A DNA stretch of 24,000 nucleotides from assembly GCF_046036945.1 (NCBI RefSeq), contig NZ_JBJQOQ010000014.1, forward strand, positions 80,719 through 104,718. Reading direction: 5' to 3'. The notes under the pieces were generated by a model. That model was given only the letters and a program-made list of their open reading frames with translations. It had not been told where the DNA came from and did no database searches. Position numbers and translations under genes: made by a program. This stretch comes from Brevibacillus sp. B_LB10_24 (GTDB taxonomy: Bacteria > Bacillota > Bacilli > Brevibacillales > Brevibacillaceae). Each line of letters begins with the position of its first letter. Within the stretch, counting starts at the first letter, position 1. Of the stretch, positions 14,047 through 21,621 are shown piece by piece.

Positions 14047-15387
14047 TTGGAGAAGAGAACGGGACTGCAAAGGCAGTTAAAGCTTTGGCATGTATTCGCC
14101 CTGGGTCTGTCACTGATGGTTCCCACCACTGTTTTTGATACCTATGGGATCGCCGCCGGCTCTACCGGCGGCCACGTCCCGACTGCCTATCTGTTCAGCA
14201 TGGCGGCCATTCTGTTCACGGTGCTGAGCTACGCCCACATGGTGAAGGTATTTCCGGGAGCTGGATCGGCATACACGTATGCCCAGCAGACATTTAACTC
14301 CAGTATCGGCTTCCTCGTCGGGTGGGCGGCGCTTTGCGACTACCTGTTTTTGCCGATGCTGTACGCTTTGACCGCAGAAATCTATTTGTCGTCTCTGTTT
14401 CCGGAAGTGCCGAGCTGGTGCTGGATTGTGCTTACCGTGCTGTTTTTCACCCTGGCCAATATCTTCCAGGTAAAGGTTACGGTCTCGTTCAATGCTGTTT
14501 TCGTCGTGTTTCAAGTATTGATCACGGTCGTGTTCATCGCTTTGCTGATTCGGGAGCTGCTGGGAGGCACGGCTGCCGGCTTTTCGCTGCAGCCGTTCTA
14601 TTCCGCCAGTCTGAACTGGTCTGCTGTCCTGGCCGGTTCGGTGATCCTCTCCTACTCCTTTATCGGGTTCGACGCGCTCAGCACGTTGTCGGAAGAAACC
14701 CTGGAACCGAGAAAGACCATACCCCGCGCCATGATCATCCAGACGTTGTTTTTGGGCGCGATGTACACCGCTGTCACCTATTTTATGCAGTCACTTTTTC
14801 CCGATGTATCGATTTTCAACGATCCGGAAGGGGCTTCTCCGGAGATCGCCCAGCGGATCGGCGGAATGCTGTTCGCGTCGGTCTTCGCGGCGATCACCGT
14901 CACAGGCAACATGGTGGGCGGGATTGCCGCCCAGCTGAGCACATCCCGTTTGCTCTATGCGATGGGGCGGGACAACGTCATTCCCAAAAAGCTGTTCGGG
15001 TATATTCATCCCCGTACCGGGGTACCTGTGTTCAACGTCATTCTCGCCGGACTGTTTTCGCTGTCGGCCAGCTTTTTCGACCTGGAAACTGCCATCTCCT
15101 TCTTCAGTTTTGGCGCCTATACGGCCTTCACTTTTGTCAATCTGTCCGTCATCGCCTATTTCATCGTTCAGAAAAAAATGCGTTCCTGGCGTGCGATTCT
15201 CTTTTACCTGGCCGGTCCGATGATCGCCATCAGCTTCATCGCCGTGCTTTGGACCCATATGAACGGGAAAGCGCTGGTGCTTGGCATTATCTGGAATGTA
15301 TGCGGACTGGTGTATCTGCTTTATTTGACCAAGCTGTTCACCAGGCAGCCACCCCGCTTCCAATTTGAAGAGCATATCAATCAATGA
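14047..15387 (+). CDS. APC superfamily permease, PuuP/PlaP-like putrescine/polyamine importer
   Basis: 446 aa, TTG start 9 nt after GGAGGG, ~12 TM segments. Segments LKLWHV, TVFDTYGI, GHVPTAYL, FPGAGSAYTYAQ, IYLSSLFPEVP and SRLLYAMGRDNV match recalled E. coli PuuP. Confidence 0.9.
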   Translation: MEKRTGLQRQLKLWHVFALGLSLMVPTTVFDTYGIAAGSTGGHVPTAYLFSMAAILFTVLSYAHMVKVFPGAGSAYTYAQQTFNSSIGFLVGWAALCDYLFLPMLYALTAEIYLSSLFPEVPSWCWIVLTVLFFTLANIFQVKVTVSFNAVFVVFQVLITVVFIALLIRELLGGTAAGFSLQPFYSASLNWSAVLAGSVILSYSFIGFDALSTLSEETLEPRKTIPRAMIIQTLFLGAMYTAVTYFMQSLFPDVSIFNDPEGASPEIAQRIGGMLFASVFAAITVTGNMVGGIAAQLSTSRLLYAMGRDNVIPKKLFGYIHPRTGVPVFNVILAGLFSLSASFFDLETAISFFSFGAYTAFTFVNLSVIAYFIVQKKMRSWRAILFYLAGPMIAISFIAVLWTHMNGKALVLGIIWNVCGLVYLLYLTKLFTRQPPRFQFEEHINQ

Positions 15388-15469
15388 AGAATTCGAAATT
15401 TAAAAATTATTCCCTTAAATTGCGTGTATAATAGAGACAGAAAACTCGCTTGATGGGGGGATTGTGGGA

Positions 15470-17038
15470 ATGAGTGATTTGAACCGGGCCAGAAGAAATA
15501 CGCTTGGGGATATTTTGCGACGGAGCAGAGCGCGCTATCCGGACAAGACGGCGCTGAATTTTGAAGGAGAGGTCTTGTCCTACCGGCAGTTGGACGATGC
15601 GGTTAACCAGGCGGCGAACGCGATCCTGGCCCAAGGACTGAAAAAAGGGGACCGTGCTGCCGTCCTCTCCCGCAACTCGCTCGATTTTGCCATTCTCAAT
15701 TTCGCGTTGGCCAAGTCTGGTGTGATCATGGTGCCGATCAACTACATGCTCAATGTTGACGACGTGGCGTTTATTCTCAGCCATGCAGATGTAAGCGCTC
15801 TCTTCGTCTCGCCGGAGTTCCAGCCGATCGCCGAGCAAGCCGTCCCCAAATCGGGCTGCACGCTGCGGCTGAAGTCGCTCATTTCCAGACCTTCGGCACA
15901 AATCGGGGAGTGGGTTCCATTTCGCGAGCTGATCAGCGGGGCCGAGCTGGCGGAGCCGGAAGCGGAGCTTTGGGATGACGACGTCGTTCACATCCTGTAT
16001 ACGAGCGGCACCGAGTCCAAGCCAAAAGGCGTCATGCTCACCCATAAAAACGTAATCAGCGAGTATGTCAGTACCATCATCGACGGCGGCATGACGAGTG
16101 ACGATGTGGCGATCCATGCGCTTCCCTTGTTTCACTCTGCCCAGCTGCACTGCTTTTTGGGGCCGTACATCTACCTCGGGGCCAGCGGCATCATCCTGGA
16201 ACAAGCCGCGCCTGCGACGATCCTGGAGGCGATTGAGACGCATCGGGCAACACAGCTGTTCTGTCCGCCGACCGTCTGGATCGCCCTGCTGCGTTCCCCC
16301 GACTTCGACCGGCGCGATCTCTCCTCTCTGCAAAAATGCTACTACGGAGCGGCGATCATGCCCGTCGAGGTGCTGAGGGAATGCAACCTGCGGCTGCCGT
16401 CAGCCCGCTTCTGGAATTTTTACGGGCAGACCGAGGTCGCTCCGCTGGCGACGGTACTCAAACCGGAAGACCAGATCAGAAAAGCGGGCTCGGCGGGAAA
16501 GCCCGGCCTGAATGTGGAGACCAGAATCGTCGATGACAACGGCGACGAGGTGCCCCGCGGCCAGATCGGCGAGATCGTGCACCGCACAAGTCACGCCATG
16601 CTGGGCTACTACCGGGACGAGGAGAAGACGGCAGCGGCTTTTCACGGCGGATGGTTTCACAGCGGGGACTTGGGCATCATGGATGAAGAAGGGTACATCA
16701 CCGTCGTGGATCGCAAGAAAGACCTGATCAAATCAGGCGGGGAAAACGTCGCCAGCCGGGAAGTGGAAGAGTTGATCTATCAGCATCCGAAAGTATCGGA
16801 GGTGGCGGTGATCGGCGTCCCCCATCCCTACTGGATCGAAGCGGTTACCGCCGTAGTGGTGCCCAAATCAGGCGAATTGCTCGGACCGGAAGACATCCTG
16901 CTGTTTTGCAAGGAGCATTTGTCCTCGTTTAAATCTCCCAAGTACGTCGTCATCGCCGACAATCTGCCGCGCAATCCGAGCGGCAAAATTCTGAAACGGG
17001 AGCTTCGCGCGCAGTATCAATCGATTGCCGCAGATTGA
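15470..17038 (+). CDS. AMP-dependent acyl-CoA synthetase/ligase (class I adenylate-forming enzyme)
   Basis: ATG 15470 lies 8 nt after GGGGGGA (the ORF-track ORF starts at GTG 15464). AMP-binding motif YTSGTESKPKGV; also YGQTE, GDLG..DEEGY and the C-terminal PRNPSGKILKRELR. TATAAT at 15427-15432 upstream. I saw no terminator hairpin between the permease and this gene. Confidence 0.92.
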   Translation: MSDLNRARRNTLGDILRRSRARYPDKTALNFEGEVLSYRQLDDAVNQAANAILAQGLKKGDRAAVLSRNSLDFAILNFALAKSGVIMVPINYMLNVDDVAFILSHADVSALFVSPEFQPIAEQAVPKSGCTLRLKSLISRPSAQIGEWVPFRELISGAELAEPEAELWDDDVVHILYTSGTESKPKGVMLTHKNVISEYVSTIIDGGMTSDDVAIHALPLFHSAQLHCFLGPYIYLGASGIILEQAAPATILEAIETHRATQLFCPPTVWIALLRSPDFDRRDLSSLQKCYYGAAIMPVEVLRECNLRLPSARFWNFYGQTEVAPLATVLKPEDQIRKAGSAGKPGLNVETRIVDDNGDEVPRGQIGEIVHRTSHAMLGYYRDEEKTAAAFHGGWFHSGDLGIMDEEGYITVVDRKKDLIKSGGENVASREVEELIYQHPKVSEVAVIGVPHPYWIEAVTAVVVPKSGELLGPEDILLFCKEHLSSFKSPKYVVIADNLPRNPSGKILKRELRAQYQSIAAD

Positions 17039-17168
17039 GTATGAACACGTATCACGGCGGGGGAAGAACAAGACACCAGGTGACAGAAAAACCTCCCGGT
17101 GCAGCGAAACAACGAGGAGTCAGCAAGGAACGCCACAGGAATATGGAAAATATATGGGAGGTAGAGAA

Positions 17169-17663
17169 ATGTCAACTAGCAAGGAAGTTTTGGTTACACA
17201 GATGTTCGCTTGCCATAATCAGGATGGATGGTTTGCTCCGTTGAATTTTGTCTTGCGAGGTGTTACAGAGGAACAGGCTGTCCAAGGAGGGAAAGGTTCT
17301 TCAAATTCCATTTATGGTATCGTTCGTCACCTTATCTTTTGGAATGAACGTTATCTAAAATGTTTTAACGAAGGCGATTTACCACCGCTTGAAATAGTCA
17401 CCAATTCTGAGACGTTTCAGGAGAGCGGGATGTCTGCAAGCTGGGATGAGCTGCAAATGAGATTGGACGACGTCCTTGCCCAATGGGAACAAGCTATCAT
17501 GAACTGCGATGATTCAAAATTGGACAGTCAAACCCACCCGGATCGAGACGTACCATGGTGGACGTTAATAGCCCACATAGCACTCCATAACGCCTATCAC
17601 ATTGGCCAGATCGTCTACATTCGGAAGGAACGAGGTTCGTGGGAAACATGGGATGAAGAATGA
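17169..17663 (+). CDS. DinB family protein
   Basis: ATG 17169 lies 6 nt after GGGAGGT (the ORF-track ORF begins at 17025 without an RBS). 164 aa with DinB-like His-containing helices (VRHLIFWNERY, IAHIALHNAYHIGQIVYIRK). Confidence 0.85.
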   Translation: MSTSKEVLVTQMFACHNQDGWFAPLNFVLRGVTEEQAVQGGKGSSNSIYGIVRHLIFWNERYLKCFNEGDLPPLEIVTNSETFQESGMSASWDELQMRLDDVLAQWEQAIMNCDDSKLDSQTHPDRDVPWWTLIAHIALHNAYHIGQIVYIRKERGSWETWDEE

Positions 17664-17669
17664 GTCTAT

Positions 17670-17702
17670 ACCCCCAGTCAGCAGCTGGGGGTTCATTTTT
17701 TT
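17670..17702 (+). terminator. Rho-independent terminator
   Basis: ACCCCCAG (17670-17677) / CTGGGGGT (17685-17692), then TCATTTTTTT. Confidence 0.8.
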
Positions 17703-17871
17703 GCGGCCCCGCATCGGACCATCTCCCTTGTGTCCAAGCCTACCATCCTTGTCTCTCCAGACAAAAGGCTTTCTATGGCATATTCTCTGGTATGGAGCAA
17801 CTGAAATACCGGCCACTCCGCATAAAAATCGGTCGTGTGGCAGGTAAACGTCAAATCATATATAATATTTC

Positions 17872-17897
17872 TAAGTTAATGAAACTTATCAAACTTA
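17872..17897. promoter_or_regulatory. Palindrome plus extra half-site upstream of the MerR-fusion gene (candidate operator)
   Basis: TAAGTTaatgaAACTTA (17872-17888), then a third AACTTA at 17892-17897. It lies just downstream of a TATAAT at 17861-17866 and ~60 nt upstream of ATG 17953. Confidence 0.3.
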
Positions 17898-17952
17898 CAG
17901 AATCGTGTTGATTTCTATTCATGTGGAAGATATTTAGGGAGGGTAACGCAAA

Positions 17953-18738
17953 ATGAAATTGTTAAATATCTCAGAGGCAGCCAAACTTCTTGGGATTTCA
18001 GCCAGCACGCTGCGCAGACTGGAACATGACGGCGTTGTGGAAGGATACGGATTGAGTGTGATTTATACACCGGGGGGGCAGCGCAGGTACATTTTAGACG
18101 AAATACAGCATCTGTATTCACAGCAGGGCTTCTCCGGACAAATCGGATTTGGCGGCAAACCGGCTGTGCTTGTTCGCGACATGACTTTGGCTTTTACGGA
18201 TCCGAATTCTAAATTATCCATCCAGTTAAACGGCCAGATTGAAGCGGTAACACAACTGGTTAAAACTGCTCTTGCCAATCATTTTCCGGTTGTTTTCAGC
18301 AAGACCATCTACGACTCGGCAGATAAATTTTCACAGCTTTGGGGACAAAAATTTCCTTCCATACAGCTGCTTGACCGTAATACGGCATGGGTGAAAATTC
18401 ATCCTACATTAGATGAATTTACGTATGACATGGTTAACGCAACCACTTACATTAACGATTTTTACTGCTCACCGCTGGATGAGTTTCTGCAGCAAAGAGA
18501 AATCGATACGGTCATATTGGCTGGAACCACAACGAGCGGCAGCATCCGGGCAAATGCCGTGGAAGCCCTGCAGCGCGGGTATCGTGTCATCATTCCAGAA
18601 GAAGCTGTCGGCGACCGTTCCGAATCGATTCAAAGAGCGACCCTTCTCGACTTGCATGCGCGTTACGCTGATGTCATGACGTTGGAAAAAGTGTTGAAAT
18701 GCGTGAACGAAGCGGGATCACTAAGAAAATCGAAGTAA
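17953..18738 (+). CDS. MerR-type HTH domain fused to an isochorismatase-like (CSHase/NicF/PncA-branch) domain with Cys-to-Ser at the nucleophile position
   Basis: 261 aa, RBS AGGGAGGG. N-terminus ISEAAKLLGISASTLRRLEHDG...GGQRRY is a MerR/excisionase-type HTH. The C-terminal ~190 aa carry the isochorismatase-family strands PAVLVRDMTLAFTDP and VILAGTTTSGSIRANAVEA. The usual TxxC(V/I) nucleophile reads TSGSI. Confidence 0.85.
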   Translation: MKLLNISEAAKLLGISASTLRRLEHDGVVEGYGLSVIYTPGGQRRYILDEIQHLYSQQGFSGQIGFGGKPAVLVRDMTLAFTDPNSKLSIQLNGQIEAVTQLVKTALANHFPVVFSKTIYDSADKFSQLWGQKFPSIQLLDRNTAWVKIHPTLDEFTYDMVNATTYINDFYCSPLDEFLQQREIDTVILAGTTTSGSIRANAVEALQRGYRVIIPEEAVGDRSESIQRATLLDLHARYADVMTLEKVLKCVNEAGSLRKSK

Positions 18739-19083
18739 AGGTGTTTCACATCTTCCCCTGAAAGTGTGCCAAGCTGCCTGGGCTGCCGCCAAGACAAGGA
18801 ATACCTTGGTCAATGCTACACCTGCATTGGTCAAACTCGGCGCATAGGCGGCTTTCTTGGAGGGGCGGGCATGTAGAGAACCAAATTGGTTTCGTGCTGC
18901 TGCTCCCGTGAGAGCGTGCTTCGGTTTCTCCCCTTGTTTTTCCCCCTTTTTTCCTACCCAGAGAATTCTCTCTCAGCCCAAACTTGAAGGACAAATCTCC
19001 TTGCATCTGAATGCGATTCCCCGAACAGGTAACGCGATCTTCGTTGTTGCCGCGGCCAATGTTATGCTGACTTTTTCTATGAT

Positions 19084-19097
19084 CCCCCCCCCCCCCC
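19084..19097. repeat. Homopolymeric C14 (G14 on the minus strand) tract
   Basis: Counted directly: 14 consecutive C residues, 37 nt upstream of the -35 box at 19135. Confidence 0.95.
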
Positions 19098-19134
19098 GTT
19101 TTTAATAGGATTTCAAAATTTAGAATAGATTGCG

Positions 19135-19163
19135 TTGACAGACAATTCACAATAGATTATAAT
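19135..19163 (+). promoter_or_regulatory. Perfect consensus sigma-A promoter (TTGACA-17-TATAAT)
   Basis: TTGACA at 19135-19140, a 17-nt spacer, TATAAT at 19158-19163. Flanked or overlapped by 8-bp direct repeats AATAGATT (19124-19131 and 19151-19158). The nearest downstream gene start is ATG 19432. Confidence 0.7.
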
Positions 19164-19192
19164 CAGGAACGAAAAGATTAGTAAATTTGATC

Positions 19193-19366
19193 ATGTTTGG
19201 TAACTTTCATTTCAACAAAATGTTTCAAATGATTGGAAAAGTTATGAAAAACCTCCTCAAATACCCGATTATACATCCGCTAAATATGGACATTTTTGGA
19301 ATCGATAGTCGGGATTTGCAGCCAAATGTTGAAACAGGGGTGAGCGAATACTGCCAAATGGACTAG
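19193..19366 (+). CDS. Hypothetical 57-codon ORF inside the long leader (doubtful)
   Basis: Hand translation: MFGNFHFNKMFQMIGKVMKNLLKYPIIHPLNMDIFGIDSRDLQPNVETGVSEYCQMD. A stop-free run in AT-rich sequence, but no recognisable RBS. It is below the ORF-track length cut-off. Confidence 0.15.
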   Translation: MFGNFHFNKMFQMIGKVMKNLLKYPIIHPLNMDIFGIDSRDLQPNVETGVSEYCQMD

Positions 19367-19431
19367 AACGAGCAATTTCAATGGTTGGTTCCTTTTTTTA
19401 GCTTTATAAAAAAAACGGGGGGAGATAAGCG

Positions 19432-20670
19432 ATGAACAAGTCTTTTCGTGTCGGTATTATCGGTGGCGGTATTGGCGGGGTTGCTTTGGCGCGAGCCCTG
19501 TGGCAACGCGGCATTTCTTTTCGGTTGTTTGAACAGGCAGCGGAGTTCAGGGAAGTTGGCGCCGGTATCCAAATGACGCCGAATGCTGTGAAGGTATTGA
19601 AATCACTCGGGCTAGCAGACGAAATGAAGCGGGTCGGTTTCTTGCCGGAAGCGATGGTGGGCCGCGGTTGGGAGACAGGCGAGGAGTTATTTCGGACTCC
19701 CTTAAAAGATACGTTTGTCCAACTTTTTGGTGCTCCGTACTATCACGTGCACCGCGCTGACCTGCACAGTATCTTGACAGAAGGATTACCGGAAGAGTGC
19801 ATTACTTTTCATGTGAGATGTGTAGATGTCCAACTTAAGGGCGATAAGGCCGTTGCTGTATTTGACAATGGAGATGAATTCGAGGCTGACCTGATTGTCG
19901 GTGCGGACGGAATACGTTCTGCTGTCCGGGAAGGGTTGTGGGGCAAGGATGATCCGGCATTTACCGGGCATATGTGTTGGCGTGCGCTCGTTCCGGTCGA
20001 CAAGCATCCGCTGCCTTTCGTTCTGCCGGCAGTAACCTTTTGGTTTGGTCCCAAAGCACATGTGGTCACCTATTACGTCAAGGGCGGTCAGGCAGTAAAT
20101 ATCGTTGCCTGCAAAGAGACAGATGAATGGGTGAAAGAGTCATGGACAGAGCCCAGTTCGACTGAAGAACTATTGAAGGCGTACGATGGTTGGCATTCTG
20201 ACTTGATTCGTCTGTTCGAACGCACAGACAATTCACAGGTTTTCAAGTGGGGATTGTATGACCGCAATCCAATGGAGCGCTGGTCCCAAGGTCATGCGAC
20301 GCTCCTGGGTGACGCTGCCCATCCTATGCTTCCATACTTATCGCAGGGTGCCGCGATGGCGATAGAAGATGCTTATGTCCTCGCTGAAGCTCTTGTTCAT
20401 TTTGGCGGGAACGTACCCCTGGCATTGGACGCGTACGAAGCAGAACGACGCAATCGCACCCGGGACGTACAGCTGCAATCCCGTGAAAGAGGCCGTACCT
20501 ATCATCTGGAATCGCCTGAGGAACAACGGCAGCGGGATCTTGCTTTACGGGAGCGGCAGAGCCAAGATCCGAATGCGGTTGGCATCAGTGCCGAGTGGGT
20601 GTACGAGTACGACGCGACCACCTGCCGTCAGCGTTTTGGGGTATCTTCAGGCGTTAGCTTGAAGGAATAG
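19432..20670 (+). CDS. FAD-dependent aromatic hydroxylase (group A flavoprotein monooxygenase; salicylate hydroxylase / 3-hydroxybenzoate 6-hydroxylase / NicC-like)
   Basis: 412 aa, RBS GGGGGGAG. GxGxxG (IIGGGIGG), GADGIRS, LLGDAAHPMLPYLSQGAAMAIEDA. Segment-level resemblance to recalled NicC (FEQA..F...GAGI, HRADLH, WVYEYD). Confidence 0.92.
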   Translation: MNKSFRVGIIGGGIGGVALARALWQRGISFRLFEQAAEFREVGAGIQMTPNAVKVLKSLGLADEMKRVGFLPEAMVGRGWETGEELFRTPLKDTFVQLFGAPYYHVHRADLHSILTEGLPEECITFHVRCVDVQLKGDKAVAVFDNGDEFEADLIVGADGIRSAVREGLWGKDDPAFTGHMCWRALVPVDKHPLPFVLPAVTFWFGPKAHVVTYYVKGGQAVNIVACKETDEWVKESWTEPSSTEELLKAYDGWHSDLIRLFERTDNSQVFKWGLYDRNPMERWSQGHATLLGDAAHPMLPYLSQGAAMAIEDAYVLAEALVHFGGNVPLALDAYEAERRNRTRDVQLQSRERGRTYHLESPEEQRQRDLALRERQSQDPNAVGISAEWVYEYDATTCRQRFGVSSGVSLKE

Positions 20671-20724
20671 TAGGTTTGGTAATTTTCGGTAAATTTTTTA
20701 AAGTTCGAAATAGGGGGGATCAGC

Positions 20725-21543
20725 TTGAACGATAAGGAGCTTTTCGGACAAATGTTAGTCAAAGGCCTTAACGCGGATATCCATTTACTTACCAAAGGCG
20801 ACAGCAACGGGGTACCGGTTCTTTTTCTTCCGGGCATTACAAGCTACAGTATGTCATTTTCGGAAATTCTAAAGCGGATGCCTGATCACTTCTACTGTTT
20901 GTCCATGGATATCCGCGGGCGCGGGAAATCCAGCTGGCCCAAACAGGGATACCGCATGCAGGATTACGTTGAGGATTTGCTCAATGTGGTGAATGCGTTA
21001 ACGAGAAATCAGACGGCACCATTCCTTGTCGGCCATTCCATGGGGGCGAGAATTGCAGCCGGTTTTGGCAGCGCATACTCATCTCTCATTTCCGGTATGG
21101 TGCTCATCGACCCCCCGGTTACCGGTCCGGGTCATCGACAAGTTTACCCCAATTCCCTCTCCATGTTTCTGGAACAAAAAGCCGCGGCAGACGAAGAGGA
21201 ATGGGACAAATTTCGCGCCTTTTATCCGCACTTTACGGAAGAACAACGGAAGATACGAATTACCGAATACCTGAACGTAAGCAAGGAAGCGATCATCGAA
21301 TCGTACAACAACTTTATCAAAGAACCTTTTCAGGTCCATGTAAAATTGACAACTTGTCCCATGCTGCTGTTAGCCGCTGAACTTGGAGATACAATTCGTC
21401 CTGATGAACTTGCCGAGTTGAAGTCTCTCAATTCCCGTTTGCAGGCCGTTGTCGTGAACGGCGTTGGTCACATGGTATACAAGGAGGCACCTCAGGTAAC
21501 AGCGGAATCTATCATCTCTTTCATCAGCGATCATCTGAAATAA
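20725..21543 (+). CDS. Alpha/beta hydrolase fold protein
   Basis: 272 aa, TTG start after GGGGGGA. Nucleophile elbow GHSMGA, C-terminal GVGHMV His motif. 54-nt gap to the hydroxylase with no terminator. Confidence 0.9.
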   Translation: MNDKELFGQMLVKGLNADIHLLTKGDSNGVPVLFLPGITSYSMSFSEILKRMPDHFYCLSMDIRGRGKSSWPKQGYRMQDYVEDLLNVVNALTRNQTAPFLVGHSMGARIAAGFGSAYSSLISGMVLIDPPVTGPGHRQVYPNSLSMFLEQKAAADEEEWDKFRAFYPHFTEEQRKIRITEYLNVSKEAIIESYNNFIKEPFQVHVKLTTCPMLLLAAELGDTIRPDELAELKSLNSRLQAVVVNGVGHMVYKEAPQVTAESIISFISDHLK

Positions 21544-21621
21544 CGGTATGGTACGAAAAGCGGGTGAACGTATTTTTGTGGTGTCATATAGAAAAAGTCA
21601 GTCATAAAGGGGTTGGGATGA

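Noticed and set aside
14086-14101. Additional TGGCA-containing sites as possible sigma-54 promoters: TGGCATgtattCGCCC here, and similar sites near 3066, 15293, 17776, 20188 and 23743
   Set aside because: None has TTGC(A/T) at the required 5-nt spacing, and all lie inside coding sequence. Only 11370-11385 fits the -24/-12 consensus.
14322-15368. 348-aa alternative-frame + strand ORF (and 14791-15384 minus strand) inside the permease gene
   Set aside because: The Arg/Gly/His-rich translation is incompatible with a real protein. The annotated frame gives a clean 12-TM PuuP-like permease.
15407-16333. 308-aa minus-strand ORF antisense to the acyl-CoA synthetase
   Set aside because: Shadow ORF in GC-rich coding sequence. 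The + strand frame carries all AMP-binding motifs.
18746-19150. 134-aa minus-strand ORF and 82-aa + strand ORF (18857-19105) in the long intergenic gap
   Set aside because: There is no RBS and the composition is unnatural (Gly/Arg/Cys/Ser-rich). The frame reads through the homopolymer tract as GGGG/PPPP, and its start would sit inside the + strand consensus promoter. I kept the region as a non-coding oddity in the findings rather than as a gene.
19395-19417. T7...A8 inverted repeat just upstream of the hydroxylase RBS as an intrinsic terminator
   Set aside because: The stem is A-U only with very low predicted stability, and it is followed by GGGGGGAG rather than a U tract. I mention it only as part of the leader finding.
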